Under the pieces are notes generated by a model that was given only the letters and a program-made list of their open reading frames with translations, was not told the DNA's origin and ran no database searches. The position numbers and the translations under genes are program-made. A stretch of 64,000 nt of DNA, taken from the NCBI GenBank assembly GCA_018262835.1, contig JADFDP010000001.1, positions 32,081-96,080 of the forward strand, given 5' to 3'. Below are positions 34,178 to 44,553 of this stretch, in pieces. This DNA comes from Candidatus Aminicenantes bacterium (GTDB taxonomy: Bacteria; Acidobacteriota; Aminicenantia; UBA2199). Numbering within the stretch: position 1 is the first letter of the stretch; each line of letters opens with the position of its first letter.

Positions 34178-34477
34178 TTAAATGGTGATCAGCGGCTGCA
34201 GCTTGGCGAAGATCTTTTCGCCGATGCCCTTGACTTTCATCAGGTCCTGGGTGCGCTTGAAACTGCCGTTGCTTTTCCTGAAGTCCAGGATGCGCTGCGC
34301 CATTTTCGGACCGACCTGTGGCAGCTTGGCCAGCAGGCCGGCGTCAGCGGTGTTGATGTTGACCAGCTTGTCACTGCCGGCGGCCGCCTGTTTTTCGGCC
34401 GCGCCGAGAGAAACCGTGGAAACTGCGGTCATGGCCAGGATGACCAGCAGAGCGAGAAATTTTTTGGTCTGTTTCAT
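34178..34477 (-). CDS. comEA: ComEA-like helix-hairpin-helix DNA-binding protein
   Basis: Signal/anchor sequence. Then VNINTADAGLLAKLPQVGPKMAQRILDFRKSNGSFKRTQDLMKVKGIGEKIFAKL (HhH motifs). ATG 34477 follows GGAGG. Confidence 0.8.
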   Translation of the reverse strand: MKQTKKFLALLVILAMTAVSTVSLGAAEKQAAAGSDKLVNINTADAGLLAKLPQVGPKMAQRILDFRKSNGSFKRTQDLMKVKGIGEKIFAKLQPLITI

Positions 34478-34754
34478 GTTGACCTCCTGCTCCTGGCCAT
34501 TCATGTTCGCTGCCAAATCCCCGCCGCCCGAATGCAAATGCCGCGGATCGGCGATATCTATTGATATTTAAGCGACCGGCCGTTTATTTCCCTTTGCAGC
34601 AAAGTAAATGAATGTTTACGTAGTACGACCATGATGTAAACAAAAGTAAGCAGAACGCGACGGGTCCGAGGCAGGAAAACCCTTTGGCTGCGCCGTCCTT
34701 GCGCAGCAGCCTGGTTTGGCAAGGAACATGAATTACGGATATCAGGAGGAAAAA

Positions 34755-35117
34755 ATGAACAAAGGCTTCACCTTGATCGAAACGTTGGTTTCCCTATCCC
34801 TGCTGCTGCTGGCGGTCCTGTTCAGCGCCCGGGTCACGGTTTTCGCCCTGGCGCAAGCGCGAAATTCGCTGCTGCGTTTCCGCCTGATGGAAAAACTGGA
34901 TTATTACAAGAACTATCTGTCTTCCCTGTCCATGGCGGCGCCCGAACTCGCGGCGGGCGACCACCGACAGGAGAGCGGGGAATTCAGGATCAGCTGGCGG
35001 GTGGCGACGGCCGGGGCGTTTTTGAAGCGAATCGATCTGCTGGCAGCGGCGCCGGCCTGTTCCCTGCCGCAGGTTTTTTACAAGTCAAAATTTATCCAGG
35101 AGGCCCAAGATGATTAA
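34755..35117 (+). CDS. prepilin-type N-terminal cleavage/methylation protein (GspI-like minor pseudopilin)
   Basis: MNKGFTLIETLVSLSLLLLAV class-III signal. ATG 34755 follows AGGAGG. Confidence 0.7.
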   Translation: MNKGFTLIETLVSLSLLLLAVLFSARVTVFALAQARNSLLRFRLMEKLDYYKNYLSSLSMAAPELAAGDHRQESGEFRISWRVATAGAFLKRIDLLAAAPACSLPQVFYKSKFIQEAQDD

Positions 35118-35799
35118 AGGATTCGGGATTTTGGAGATGCTGATCGCGCTGTCCCTGGGATTGGGAGTATTGACGGTGATTATCGCCCATTCGGCGGAAA
35201 CGGGAAAAGTGGCCAAAAAAATCATCGGCAACCAGGAACGGCTGGAAGCGATCTTTCACACCGTGGACACCATCAAGTCCGACCTGAACAAATGCGGCAT
35301 GCGCCTGCAGGAAGCCCGGCAATTTTTCAATATTCCCTTCTTTGCCAGCGCGGCCGGCTCGTTTTCATGCGAGTACGGCCTGGCCGACGAATTGCTGCTG
35401 GAAAACGCCGTCCGCGGCCAGCAAACCCTGAAGGTCGCCCAAAATGATTTTTTTAAAAAGGACAAGGCCATACTGATCTACAACCTTGCGGAAGGAGCAT
35501 GGGAACTTAATGAGATAAAGGATTGCCTTGCCGGTGTCCTGGTCCTGAAAAGCGCGCTGCAAAACGATTTTGTCCGCAACAGCCCGGTGGTGATCCTTAA
35601 AAAAGTGGAATACAGGTATTATCCGGCCCAGCGCACTTTAAAAAGAAAAGCTGATAGGGGAAATTTCCAGCCCCTGCTGGAAGAGGTCAGCGATTTTTAT
35701 GTGACTTTTTTCCCGGACGCCAATTCGGTCCTCTACCGCATCGAGGTCAACAAGAAGGAGCAGATCCGCGGCTACATCTTCCTGCTCAACCTGGTGTAG
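35110..35799 (+). CDS. prepilin-type protein (GspJ/PilW-like minor pseudopilin)
   Basis: MIKGFGILEMLIALSLGLGVL N-terminus. Overlaps the upstream gene by 8 nt. Confidence 0.6.
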   Translation: MIKGFGILEMLIALSLGLGVLTVIIAHSAETGKVAKKIIGNQERLEAIFHTVDTIKSDLNKCGMRLQEARQFFNIPFFASAAGSFSCEYGLADELLLENAVRGQQTLKVAQNDFFKKDKAILIYNLAEGAWELNEIKDCLAGVLVLKSALQNDFVRNSPVVILKKVEYRYYPAQRTLKRKADRGNFQPLLEEVSDFYVTFFPDANSVLYRIEVNKKEQIRGYIFLLNLV

Positions 35800-35801
35800 C
35801 C

Positions 35802-37145
35802 ATGTCGCGCCGGGGCAACATCGTGATTTCGCTGTTGTTCGTGCTGCTGCTTTCCATTTCCGGTCTGGCCCTGCTGACCCATTCGAATCTCCACGTCAAG
35901 ATCATTGCCGCCCGAAAAGGCAAATGGCAGGCGGCCGCCGCCCTTGGGCAGGCGCTTTTACTGGATCTTCACCGATACCGGGAAAAATTGGCGGCGGCGG
36001 ACATGAACGCGTACGGCGCGCCGGAAAGCGATTATTTCAACAACGCAACTTTTCCAGAGCAAGCCGCCGGCGATTGCCTGAGCCGACACCATTTCAGCTG
36101 TCATATCCTGCGCGCCGGGGAGGATTTCTGCCGGATGCGGGTACTCAACCGCATCGAGGTGCAAAAAAACGGCAGCCGGCTGCTGGTTGCCGGCCAGGCC
36201 GGCGTGGACCTGCTCAAGGGAAACATTCCGGCCGGCGAATTTGGGGTGGTGGTCAACAAGGATATTGACGAAAGTCCGGCCGCCTATCTGGCCGGCCGCG
36301 GTGTGGAATACCCGGGCGCCCAGCTGCCTCTGGTCGGCAAACTGGCTGTCGCTTCCGAGACCGGGCGCTTGCTGGCCGAGACCCTGCGTTTGAACGATCC
36401 GGTTCCGGCCTGGCGGCAGATCAGGGAAAAATTCAACCTCGAGCCATCCGACGCCCCGGTCCCGCCCGGGATCTACCTGGTGCAGGACGAGGGAACGGTC
36501 GCGGCGGTTTTTGTCGAGGGCGATCTGCAGAAACTGGAGTTCAACGCCGGCAGCGGCTGGCAATCCATTGTATTCAGCCGGGACGTCCAGCGCGACGAAC
36601 TCAAGTACCAGCCCGGCCTGGCGGCGATGACCTGGAGCGGCGGCGGTGCCTTGGCGGTCGGCGGTTCGCTCTTCGCGGAAAAGATCATTGTCCACGGCAG
36701 TGTCTGGAGCATCGAGCAAACGGGAACAGCGGCGTTCCTGCCCGTTTCCCGCATCGAGCTGCTGGCCTGCGGGCAAATGGTCGTCCGCTCGGGGCTGGAA
36801 TGCGAAAACCTGTCCCTGGGAAAAGAGAAATTCCCCCGCCTGCTGCTCATGACCAGCAGCCGCGATTTTTTCAGCAGCGAAGCGGTCAATGCCGATATCG
36901 TCCTGGATACGCTCGGCGCCAAGACCGTCCAGGCCCAGGTGATCGCCGCCGGCACCTTGGTCAACGGTAATGACCAGGTAGAGATCACCGGCGGCCTCTA
37001 CGCCCACGATATCCAAAACTCGGGGCGGCTGCAGTTCGATGCCTTTGCCGGCCCGTTCGCCTTCAGCCAGTACCTGCGCTTGCCGGATTGCAAATTCCTG
37101 AAAAATTTTCGCGTTCATTTCATCCAGGAGGGAGCCGATGAATAA
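35802..37145 (+). CDS. GspK/PilX-like pseudopilin-associated protein
   Basis: N-terminal hydrophobic helix RRGNIVISLLFVLLLSISGLALL without the Gly-Phe cleavage site. Position and size fit a K-type minor pseudopilin. Confidence 0.45.
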   Translation: MSRRGNIVISLLFVLLLSISGLALLTHSNLHVKIIAARKGKWQAAAALGQALLLDLHRYREKLAAADMNAYGAPESDYFNNATFPEQAAGDCLSRHHFSCHILRAGEDFCRMRVLNRIEVQKNGSRLLVAGQAGVDLLKGNIPAGEFGVVVNKDIDESPAAYLAGRGVEYPGAQLPLVGKLAVASETGRLLAETLRLNDPVPAWRQIREKFNLEPSDAPVPPGIYLVQDEGTVAAVFVEGDLQKLEFNAGSGWQSIVFSRDVQRDELKYQPGLAAMTWSGGGALAVGGSLFAEKIIVHGSVWSIEQTGTAAFLPVSRIELLACGQMVVRSGLECENLSLGKEKFPRLLLMTSSRDFFSSEAVNADIVLDTLGAKTVQAQVIAAGTLVNGNDQVEITGGLYAHDIQNSGRLQFDAFAGPFAFSQYLRLPDCKFLKNFRVHFIQEGADE

Positions 37146-37563
37146 AAAAGGGCTGACCATTTTTGAATTGCTGGTCACGGTCGGTTTGTTCTCGTTCCTG
37201 GCCGCGGTGATGGTCCCGGGCCTGCAGTCTTTTTTCGCCAGGGTGGAAACAAATGCCACCCTGCGCACCCTGACCTCGGGCTTGTGCACGGCCCGCTACC
37301 TGGCCATCCAGAACAACCAGCCGGTCAGGGCGGAGGTCGTTGCCGGGAGCATGCGGCTCAGCGTGGACAACGGCCAGGGCTGGCAGGTGATCCGCAGTTT
37401 CGCTTTAAGTGAAAAAATGTCGATCCGCGCCAACAGCCTTCCGGTGTTTTCGCCGCTGGGCAACGTCTCGCCCCTGTGCACCATCACCCTGGAGGGCCGG
37501 CAGCGGGTCTATCGCGTCGTGCTGTCCATGTACGGCCGCATCAAGGTCTATGACAACGGTTGA
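37138..37563 (+). CDS. GspH/FimT-like minor pseudopilin
   Basis: KKGLTIFELLVTVGLFSFLAAV class-III signal. Then LRTLTSGLCTARYLAIQNNQPV, typical of the GspH domain. Confidence 0.65.
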   Translation: MNKKGLTIFELLVTVGLFSFLAAVMVPGLQSFFARVETNATLRTLTSGLCTARYLAIQNNQPVRAEVVAGSMRLSVDNGQGWQVIRSFALSEKMSIRANSLPVFSPLGNVSPLCTITLEGRQRVYRVVLSMYGRIKVYDNG

Positions 37564-37580
37564 AGCCACAAGGCAGAGCC

Positions 37581-37886
37581 TTACAGCTTGCTTTTCACCG
37601 CGGCGAGCTTGCCTTCCATGGTGAGCTCCCTGTCGCGGCGGTCGTCGATGCGCAGCGTGGTCGACACGCGCATGGCGCCCATGCGGAACGGCACCTCGTG
37701 CATGGCCTTGACGGCTTCCAGGACGTTGGCCATTTCTCCTTCCAGGATGGTCGACATCGGCGTCAGCTGGGATTGGAGGCCCGGGAATTTTTTCAGGATT
37801 TTTTCAACTTCGGCCACGAACCGACTCAGCGATGTCGAGGCCGTGCCCAACGGCACCACCGTGACTTCGGCAATGATCTTGCCCAT
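37581..37886 (-). CDS. MTH1187/YkoF-family (UPF0045) thiamine-binding-like protein
   Basis: 101 aa. IAEVTVVPLGT...SLSRFVAEVEKIL...PMSTILEGE pattern of the family. Confidence 0.65.
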   Translation of the reverse strand: MGKIIAEVTVVPLGTASTSLSRFVAEVEKILKKFPGLQSQLTPMSTILEGEMANVLEAVKAMHEVPFRMGAMRVSTTLRIDDRRDRELTMEGKLAAVKSKL

Positions 37887-37926
37887 GGCGCACCTCCCGG
37901 ATAAAAAAAATGCTTCTGTTTTCTTT

Positions 37927-39318
<1,392 letters not shown>

Positions 39319-39435
39319 GGCCTCACCTCGGTAAAGGCCAATTGTAGCGCAAAACCGCCCTGCGGGCAAATTCCTTTCCCTTTGAATTCATCGTTTTCTA
39401 TTGACTTCTGAAACGATTCACTTCAAAATGCGGCC

Positions 39436-40275
39436 ATGAAAAAGACAAAAATAAACCATATTAAAACAGTGGCTCTGGTTATAGGCGCAGCGTTTCTCCT
39501 GGCAATGGCTGTCGGCCTCTCGGCGGATCAAAGCGGGTCCGATGTCCTGGCCAAGCTCAACCTGTCCCCGGCCGCGGCCAGGGAAGGCGTCCTCGACTCG
39601 CTGACCAGCGGCTTCATCTACAATGAAGCGGCGATGAAGGCCTTCAAGGCGCTGCCGGCTGCATCCCGGGCGGCGCTCGTCGGCGCCGGGCTGGGCTGGA
39701 TCAAGAATTTTGCCGCTTCGGCCGAATTCGCCGACGCCTACAGAAAGTTCCGCGAGAAGGAGAAGCCGCTGCCCCCCGCGCCGCACCCTTCCGCCGACGA
39801 CGAGATCAAGAAAATGAAGGCCGACATGGAGAAAAGCATTGCCGAGATGCGTAAGAACATGGCCGCCATGGACACCGAGACGAAAAAAACAATGGAGGGG
39901 GTCATCACGGAGATGCGCGCCCAGATGGAGCGCATGACGGAACCCGGACAGCGCGATCTCATGCGCCAGATGACGGAAATGTCGGCCGCCGAGGACAAGA
40001 AGCGGCATGAAAACAAACTCAAGGAGTGGGAGCAGCAATATCCCGCCGATTCCCGGGCGCTGATCAAGAAGCGCATCAACGTCTTCCTGGCGGCAAGCGC
40101 TGACGTCGATTATTCGGCAAAATTGGTTTCACGCGGCGACAAGATGATCTTTGCCAATGGGGCGTACGAGCAGAAACCGTCCGAATGGAAGCTGTGTTAC
40201 CGCGCCGGCAGGGAAGCGACCGATGCCGCCCGCGCCTTTGCCAAGACCTGGCTGGCGGAGCTGGACAAGATCTGA
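39436..40275 (+). CDS. secreted hypothetical protein with Met-rich helical segment
   Basis: Signal peptide present. Central segment KKMKADMEKSIAEMRKNMAAMDTETKKTMEGVITEMRAQMERMTEPGQRDLMRQMTEM. Confidence 0.45.
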   Translation: MKKTKINHIKTVALVIGAAFLLAMAVGLSADQSGSDVLAKLNLSPAAAREGVLDSLTSGFIYNEAAMKAFKALPAASRAALVGAGLGWIKNFAASAEFADAYRKFREKEKPLPPAPHPSADDEIKKMKADMEKSIAEMRKNMAAMDTETKKTMEGVITEMRAQMERMTEPGQRDLMRQMTEMSAAEDKKRHENKLKEWEQQYPADSRALIKKRINVFLAASADVDYSAKLVSRGDKMIFANGAYEQKPSEWKLCYRAGREATDAARAFAKTWLAELDKI

Positions 40276-40369
40276 TTTTCACGGCAACTGGTTCCCCCGG
40301 ATCCGCTGCGCTGCCGTTTGTTGAATTTGCCGGGGCTTTCTCCTAAAATAATCTCCATCAGGGGTAAAA

Positions 40370-41143
40370 ATGAAAACTGTTATTTTCTATTACACGGGAA
40401 CGGGCAACTCGCTCTGGTCGGCTAAATTGCTGGCTGAAGGGTTGGACGGCGCGAAACTGCGGCCCATGAAGAATGCGGACGCTTTGGCGGCCGGCGACGC
40501 CGAGGCGGTAGGCTTCGTTTTTCCGGTCCACGTATGGGGCATCCCGGTCCCGGTCATGCAGTTCATAGAAAAATTGTCTTTGCGGCCGCGGGTTTACTTG
40601 TTTGCCCTGGCTGTCAATGCCGGCCAGGTTTCGCGCACCCTGGTCCAGCTGCGGGGAGTGCTGGCCGGGCGGGGCCTGAAGTTGTCTGCCGGTTTCAGCA
40701 TCATCCTGCCCAGCAACTATATCCCCTGGGGTGGTCCGGGCCCTGCCGCACGTCAGAACGCCCGCTTCGCCAGCAGCCGCGCCAAAATAGCCGAGGCCGC
40801 GGCCTGTATCGCCAGCGGCCAGGACGGTCCCATTGAAATGGGCCCATGGTGGCAAAGGATCGTTTTTACCGCGATCTATAAAATGACATTTAAGCAGGTC
40901 CATAAAATGGACAAGGATTTCTGGAGCGACGATCAATGCAACTCCTGCAACGTCTGCGTTCAGGTTTGCCCAGCCAGGAACATAGAATTGAAGGAAGGCA
41001 AACCGGTCTGGCGGCATCACTGCGAGCAGTGCCTGGCCTGCATCCAGTGGTGCCCCCAGGAGTCGATCCAATTTGGTAAAAAAACGCGGGCCTACGAACG
41101 CTACCATCATCCCGAGATATCATTAAAAGATATGATGGTGTGA
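40370..41143 (+). CDS. flavodoxin-like plus 2x[4Fe-4S] ferredoxin-domain protein (EFR1-like)
   Basis: N-terminal MKTVIFYYTGTGNS flavodoxin-type loop. C-terminal CNSCNVCVQVCP and CEQCLACIQWCP clusters. Confidence 0.7.
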   Translation: MKTVIFYYTGTGNSLWSAKLLAEGLDGAKLRPMKNADALAAGDAEAVGFVFPVHVWGIPVPVMQFIEKLSLRPRVYLFALAVNAGQVSRTLVQLRGVLAGRGLKLSAGFSIILPSNYIPWGGPGPAARQNARFASSRAKIAEAAACIASGQDGPIEMGPWWQRIVFTAIYKMTFKQVHKMDKDFWSDDQCNSCNVCVQVCPARNIELKEGKPVWRHHCEQCLACIQWCPQESIQFGKKTRAYERYHHPEISLKDMMV

Positions 41144-41170
41144 GGTTTCGTCCAAGATTTTTTGCCCGGC

Positions 41171-41866
41171 TTATTTTCCGGCAGCGCTGAGCTCGGAAAC
41201 GATGCGGGCCAAGGCGGCAGCCGGGTCAGGGGCCTGGGTGACCGGGCGGCCGATGACCAGGTAGTCGCTGCCCGCCTCGACGGCCATTTGCGGGGTGAAA
41301 ATCCTTTTCTGGTCGTCTTTTTCCGACCACTGCGGCCGGATGCCCGGCGTGACCAGGATGATCTCGTTGCCGAAGCGCCGGCGCAGGGGGGCGATCTCCT
41401 GGGGGGAACAGACAAAACCCTTAACCCCCGCCGCCACACCCATTTCCACCAGCTGCAGGACCCGGTCGGCTGCCGGCGGCGCCATTCCCACCTGGAGCAG
41501 GTCGGAGTCGGCCAGGGAAGTCAGGATCGTCACCCCAAGGATGGTCAGGCCGGGACGCCGGCTGGCGGCTTCCAGGGCCTTCTGCGCCATGGTCCTACCG
41601 CCCGCCAGGTGGATGGTCAGGAAATCGGGGTCGTATTTCAGCGCGGAATTAACGGCTCCGTAAACCGTATTGGGGATGTCGTGGAATTTCAGATCAAGGA
41701 AAAGCTTTTTTTCTTTTTTCTTCAAGGCGGAGACAATCTCCTCGCCATACTCCAGGAATCCCTGCAGGCCGACTTTGAAAAAAACGGCGGCGGGCAGGCC
41801 CGCCACGGCCTGCCTGGCCTGCGCGCCATGCGCGAAGTCCAGGGCGATGATGACCTTTTTGTTCAT
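41171..41866 (-). CDS. pyrF: orotidine 5'-phosphate decarboxylase
   Basis: VIIALDF...FFKVG...LFLDLKFHDIPNTV motifs. 4-nt overlap with pyrD. Confidence 0.85.
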   Translation of the reverse strand: MNKKVIIALDFAHGAQARQAVAGLPAAVFFKVGLQGFLEYGEEIVSALKKKEKKLFLDLKFHDIPNTVYGAVNSALKYDPDFLTIHLAGGRTMAQKALEAASRRPGLTILGVTILTSLADSDLLQVGMAPPAADRVLQLVEMGVAAGVKGFVCSPQEIAPLRRRFGNEIILVTPGIRPQWSEKDDQKRIFTPQMAVEAGSDYLVIGRPVTQAPDPAAALARIVSELSAAGK

Positions 41867-42774
41867 GCTTGCAGTTGGCCCCTGATCTCGGAAAGATCTT
41901 TTATTTTCAATTTGTCCATCTCTGCCTGGATTTCGCCGATGATGCGAACGGCCGCGGCCGGCTCGTAAAAATTGACCGTGCCGATCTGCACGGCGGCCGC
42001 GCCGACCAGGATATAGTCCAGGACGTCCCGGCCGCTGGTGATCCCGCCCATGCCGATGACCGGGATGCGCACCTGGCGGCAGACTTCCCAGACCAGCTTC
42101 AAGGCCAGGGGCTTGATGGCCGGCCCCGAGAGCCCGGCCAGGGTGTTGGCGAACACGGATTGGCGCTTATCAAGATCCACGGCCAGTCCCAGAAAAGTGT
42201 TGACCAGGGAGACGGCGTCGGCGCCGGCCTCTTCAGCCGCCTGCGCCACGGCAACGATGTCGGCGGCGTTCGGCGACAGCTTGACGATCAAAGGCTTGCG
42301 GATCCTTTCTTTGACCCGCCGGACCAGACGGAAAGTATGCTTCGCGTCCTGGGCCGGGCAGGCGCCCCCTTTTTTGACGTTGGGGCAGGATATGTTCAGC
42401 TCCAGCATGGCCACTTCGTCCATGGCGGAAAAGATCCCGGCCACCTCGGCGAATTCGCCGTCGTCCTCGCCGCAGACGTTGACGATGACGGGGACGGTTG
42501 TCTTGGCGCGGAGGCGGCGGATGATCTCCTGGAGCTTGCCGCTGCCGGGGCCGGCCAGACCGATGGAATTCAGCAGGCCGGCCGGAGTTTCGTGCAGGCG
42601 CGGGGGTGGGTTGCCCGGTCGCGGCTCCTTGAAAATGCCTTTCATCACGATGGCGCCGAGAATGTCGAGGTCATAGAACGGCAGGAATTCCTCGCCGTAG
42701 CCGAAGGTGCCTGAAGCCGTGATCACAGGGTTCTTCAGCGTGCAGAAGCCCAAATTGGCGCTCAGGTCGGCCAT
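41863..42774 (-). CDS. pyrD: dihydroorotate dehydrogenase (class 1B) catalytic subunit
   Basis: 303 aa from ATG 42774 (MADLSANLGFCTLKNPVITASGTFGYG...NSIGLAGPG...LNISCPNV...GMGGI). Confidence 0.85.
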   Translation of the reverse strand: MADLSANLGFCTLKNPVITASGTFGYGEEFLPFYDLDILGAIVMKGIFKEPRPGNPPPRLHETPAGLLNSIGLAGPGSGKLQEIIRRLRAKTTVPVIVNVCGEDDGEFAEVAGIFSAMDEVAMLELNISCPNVKKGGACPAQDAKHTFRLVRRVKERIRKPLIVKLSPNAADIVAVAQAAEEAGADAVSLVNTFLGLAVDLDKRQSVFANTLAGLSGPAIKPLALKLVWEVCRQVRIPVIGMGGITSGRDVLDYILVGAAAVQIGTVNFYEPAAAVRIIGEIQAEMDKLKIKDLSEIRGQLQA

Positions 42775-43532
42775 CGGATCTCCTCCAGGGGGAATACGGG
42801 CCCCTCGTCGCAGACCTTGCGGTAGGAGCCGGCGACGGTTTGGACCGCGCAGCCGTGGCATACTCCGAAACCGCAGCCCATCAGGGCTTCCAGAGAAGCG
42901 TGGTTTTCCGTTTTTTCTGGCTTGAGCATTCGGGCCAGCCGGGCCAGCATGGCCTCGGGGCCGCAGGAAAGGGTAATGTCGGGGCGTTCCGTGCGCACGA
43001 TCTTTTCCAGGCCGTCGGTCAGGAGCCCCTTTTGGCCGATCGAACCGTCTTCGCTGAATATGAAGAGCCCCCGCAGGGGGAGGGCCTTGATGCGGTCCAG
43101 CAGCGGCAGGTCGGCCCGGCCGCGGCCACCGTAGAGCATGAACAACGGCTGTCTCCCGGCGTAGGCCTGGGCGTAATGGAAAAGGGGGACGATGCCGCGG
43201 CCGCCGGCGATGAGCAGCACGCGCTTTCCCGGCATCTCCGCAAACGAGTTGCCCAGGGGGCCGAGGATGTCCAGACTGTCGCCGTGGCCCAGGGCGGAGA
43301 GGAGCCGCGTCCCGCGTCCCAGCACCTGGTAGTAGAGCCAAATATGGGGCGGCCGGCTTTCAAGGATGCCGAATGGACGCCGTAAAAGGGGATCGAGAGA
43401 AGGAGAAACGCGCACCATGACGAAATTTCCCGGCTTGGCCGCGGCGGCGATCCGTGGGGCGGCAATCTTCAGCTGGTAGTAGCCTCCATCCAGGCTGCGG
43501 GCTTCCTCGATGAGGCCGCGTTCGTCTAGCAT
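42762..43532 (-). CDS. pyrK: dihydroorotate dehydrogenase electron-transfer subunit
   Basis: FAD/NAD-binding fold (RRPFGI). C-terminal 2Fe-2S motif CGFGVCHGCAV. 13-nt overlap with pyrD. Confidence 0.8.
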   Translation of the reverse strand: MLDERGLIEEARSLDGGYYQLKIAAPRIAAAAKPGNFVMVRVSPSLDPLLRRPFGILESRPPHIWLYYQVLGRGTRLLSALGHGDSLDILGPLGNSFAEMPGKRVLLIAGGRGIVPLFHYAQAYAGRQPLFMLYGGRGRADLPLLDRIKALPLRGLFIFSEDGSIGQKGLLTDGLEKIVRTERPDITLSCGPEAMLARLARMLKPEKTENHASLEALMGCGFGVCHGCAVQTVAGSYRKVCDEGPVFPLEEIRWPT

Positions 43533-43636
43533 GAAGGCATTATGCCATGCTTTGCCGAGGGTGTAAATAGGGAAGTTCGCGCTGGGACAAGTGCTGGCGC
43601 CGGGAGTTTTTGCGGGGGGGGACTAAAAAACTGCGT

Positions 43637-44308
43637 TTATTGGGCGGCCTGGCTTTCGCCTTCTATCGTGGCCAGAAGATTTTGTGCTTCCATGGCGCTG
43701 GGCGTGTTGGGATATTCGGACACGATCCGTTTCAAACCCGCGGCCGCTTCTTCATTCCGCTGGTTCTTGATCTGAATTTTGGCCAGCTGCATGAGGATAA
43801 GTTCCTTGCCCATGGAGGTCTTTTTATCGTTCAGCATGCGATTGAGCAAGCTTTCAGCCTCTTGGATTTTTCCTCCGGCTGCCAGCACGGTGGCGGAGAG
43901 GGCTTGTTTTTGATCGTTGAGCATGGCGATGCGGCAGGCGGGGAACTCTTGCAAAAGAATGCCGGCCTTTTGCAGGTCGCCTTTTTCATAATACAGGGCG
44001 GCGATGAACAACCGTCCCGCGGCCGAGATCCCATTTTTAAATTTCATTTCCTGGAGTTTGGCAATTTTTTGGTCCAGGGTCATTTTCGCGTCGCTGCGGA
44101 CGCGGAATGCCGCGGCATAAATTTTGTTTTCTCCCGCGGAACTCAGATTCTTGAAAAAAAACACGGCCAGCAGAATGATGACGGCCAGGGCGGCGATGCC
44201 CGCGCCCGCCAGGATCTGCTTGCGGTTATTTCTGAAAAAGGCATACGTCTTCTCAAAAAAATGGACAAACGGGTCGGCCTTCAGATGTTCCTTTTCCTTT
44301 TTTTTCAT
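43637..44308 (-). CDS. membrane-anchored TPR-like protein (YfgM-like)
   Basis: N-terminal TM (ILAGAGIAALAVIILLAVFFF). Then helical repeats with ALYYEKGDLQKA-type TPR signatures. Confidence 0.55.
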   Translation of the reverse strand: MKKKEKEHLKADPFVHFFEKTYAFFRNNRKQILAGAGIAALAVIILLAVFFFKNLSSAGENKIYAAAFRVRSDAKMTLDQKIAKLQEMKFKNGISAAGRLFIAALYYEKGDLQKAGILLQEFPACRIAMLNDQKQALSATVLAAGGKIQEAESLLNRMLNDKKTSMGKELILMQLAKIQIKNQRNEEAAAGLKRIVSEYPNTPSAMEAQNLLATIEGESQAAQ

Positions 44309-44322
44309 TTTAACCTCAATTT

Positions 44323-44395
44323 TGCGCCTGAGATGACTCGAACATCCAACCCTGGGATTAGGAATCCCATGCTCTATCCTTTGAGCTACAGGCGC
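44323..44395 (-). tRNA. tRNA-Arg (anticodon CCT)
   Basis: The minus strand reads GCGCCTGTAGCTCAAAGGATAGAGCATGGGATTCCTAATCCCAGGGTTGGATGTTCGAGTCATCTCAGGCGCA. It has a 7-bp acceptor stem, D arm GCTC/GAGC, anticodon loop TTCCTAA and T loop TTCGAGT. No encoded CCA. Confidence 0.9.
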
Positions 44396-44553
44396 AAGAA
44401 TACACCCATATCATTTTTCACCGCCCGTGTCAATTGACCTTTGAGGGCAATCATGCTAAATTGGAAAGGCAGGTACAGCCGCTGCCTGACCGTAATGGGG
44501 TTGCCAGCCGATTTTTCGGCTGCCAGGGGCCGCGGCGGCAGAGGAATTGGAGA

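Noticed and set aside
35958-37289. 443-aa ORF antisense to the GspK-like gene
   Set aside because: No start context. The plus-strand genes form an overlapping operon with class-III signal peptides.
42775-43341. N-terminal 189-aa extension of the pyrD ORF in the track (41863-43341)
   Set aside because: The extension is Pro/Arg/Gly-rich and overlaps pyrK completely. PyrD homology starts at MADLSANLG (ATG 42774).
44323-44395. tRNA-Arg as an island integration site
   Set aside because: I saw no duplicated tRNA 3' segment, integrase or compositional break in the flanks. The neighbours are ordinary housekeeping-type genes.
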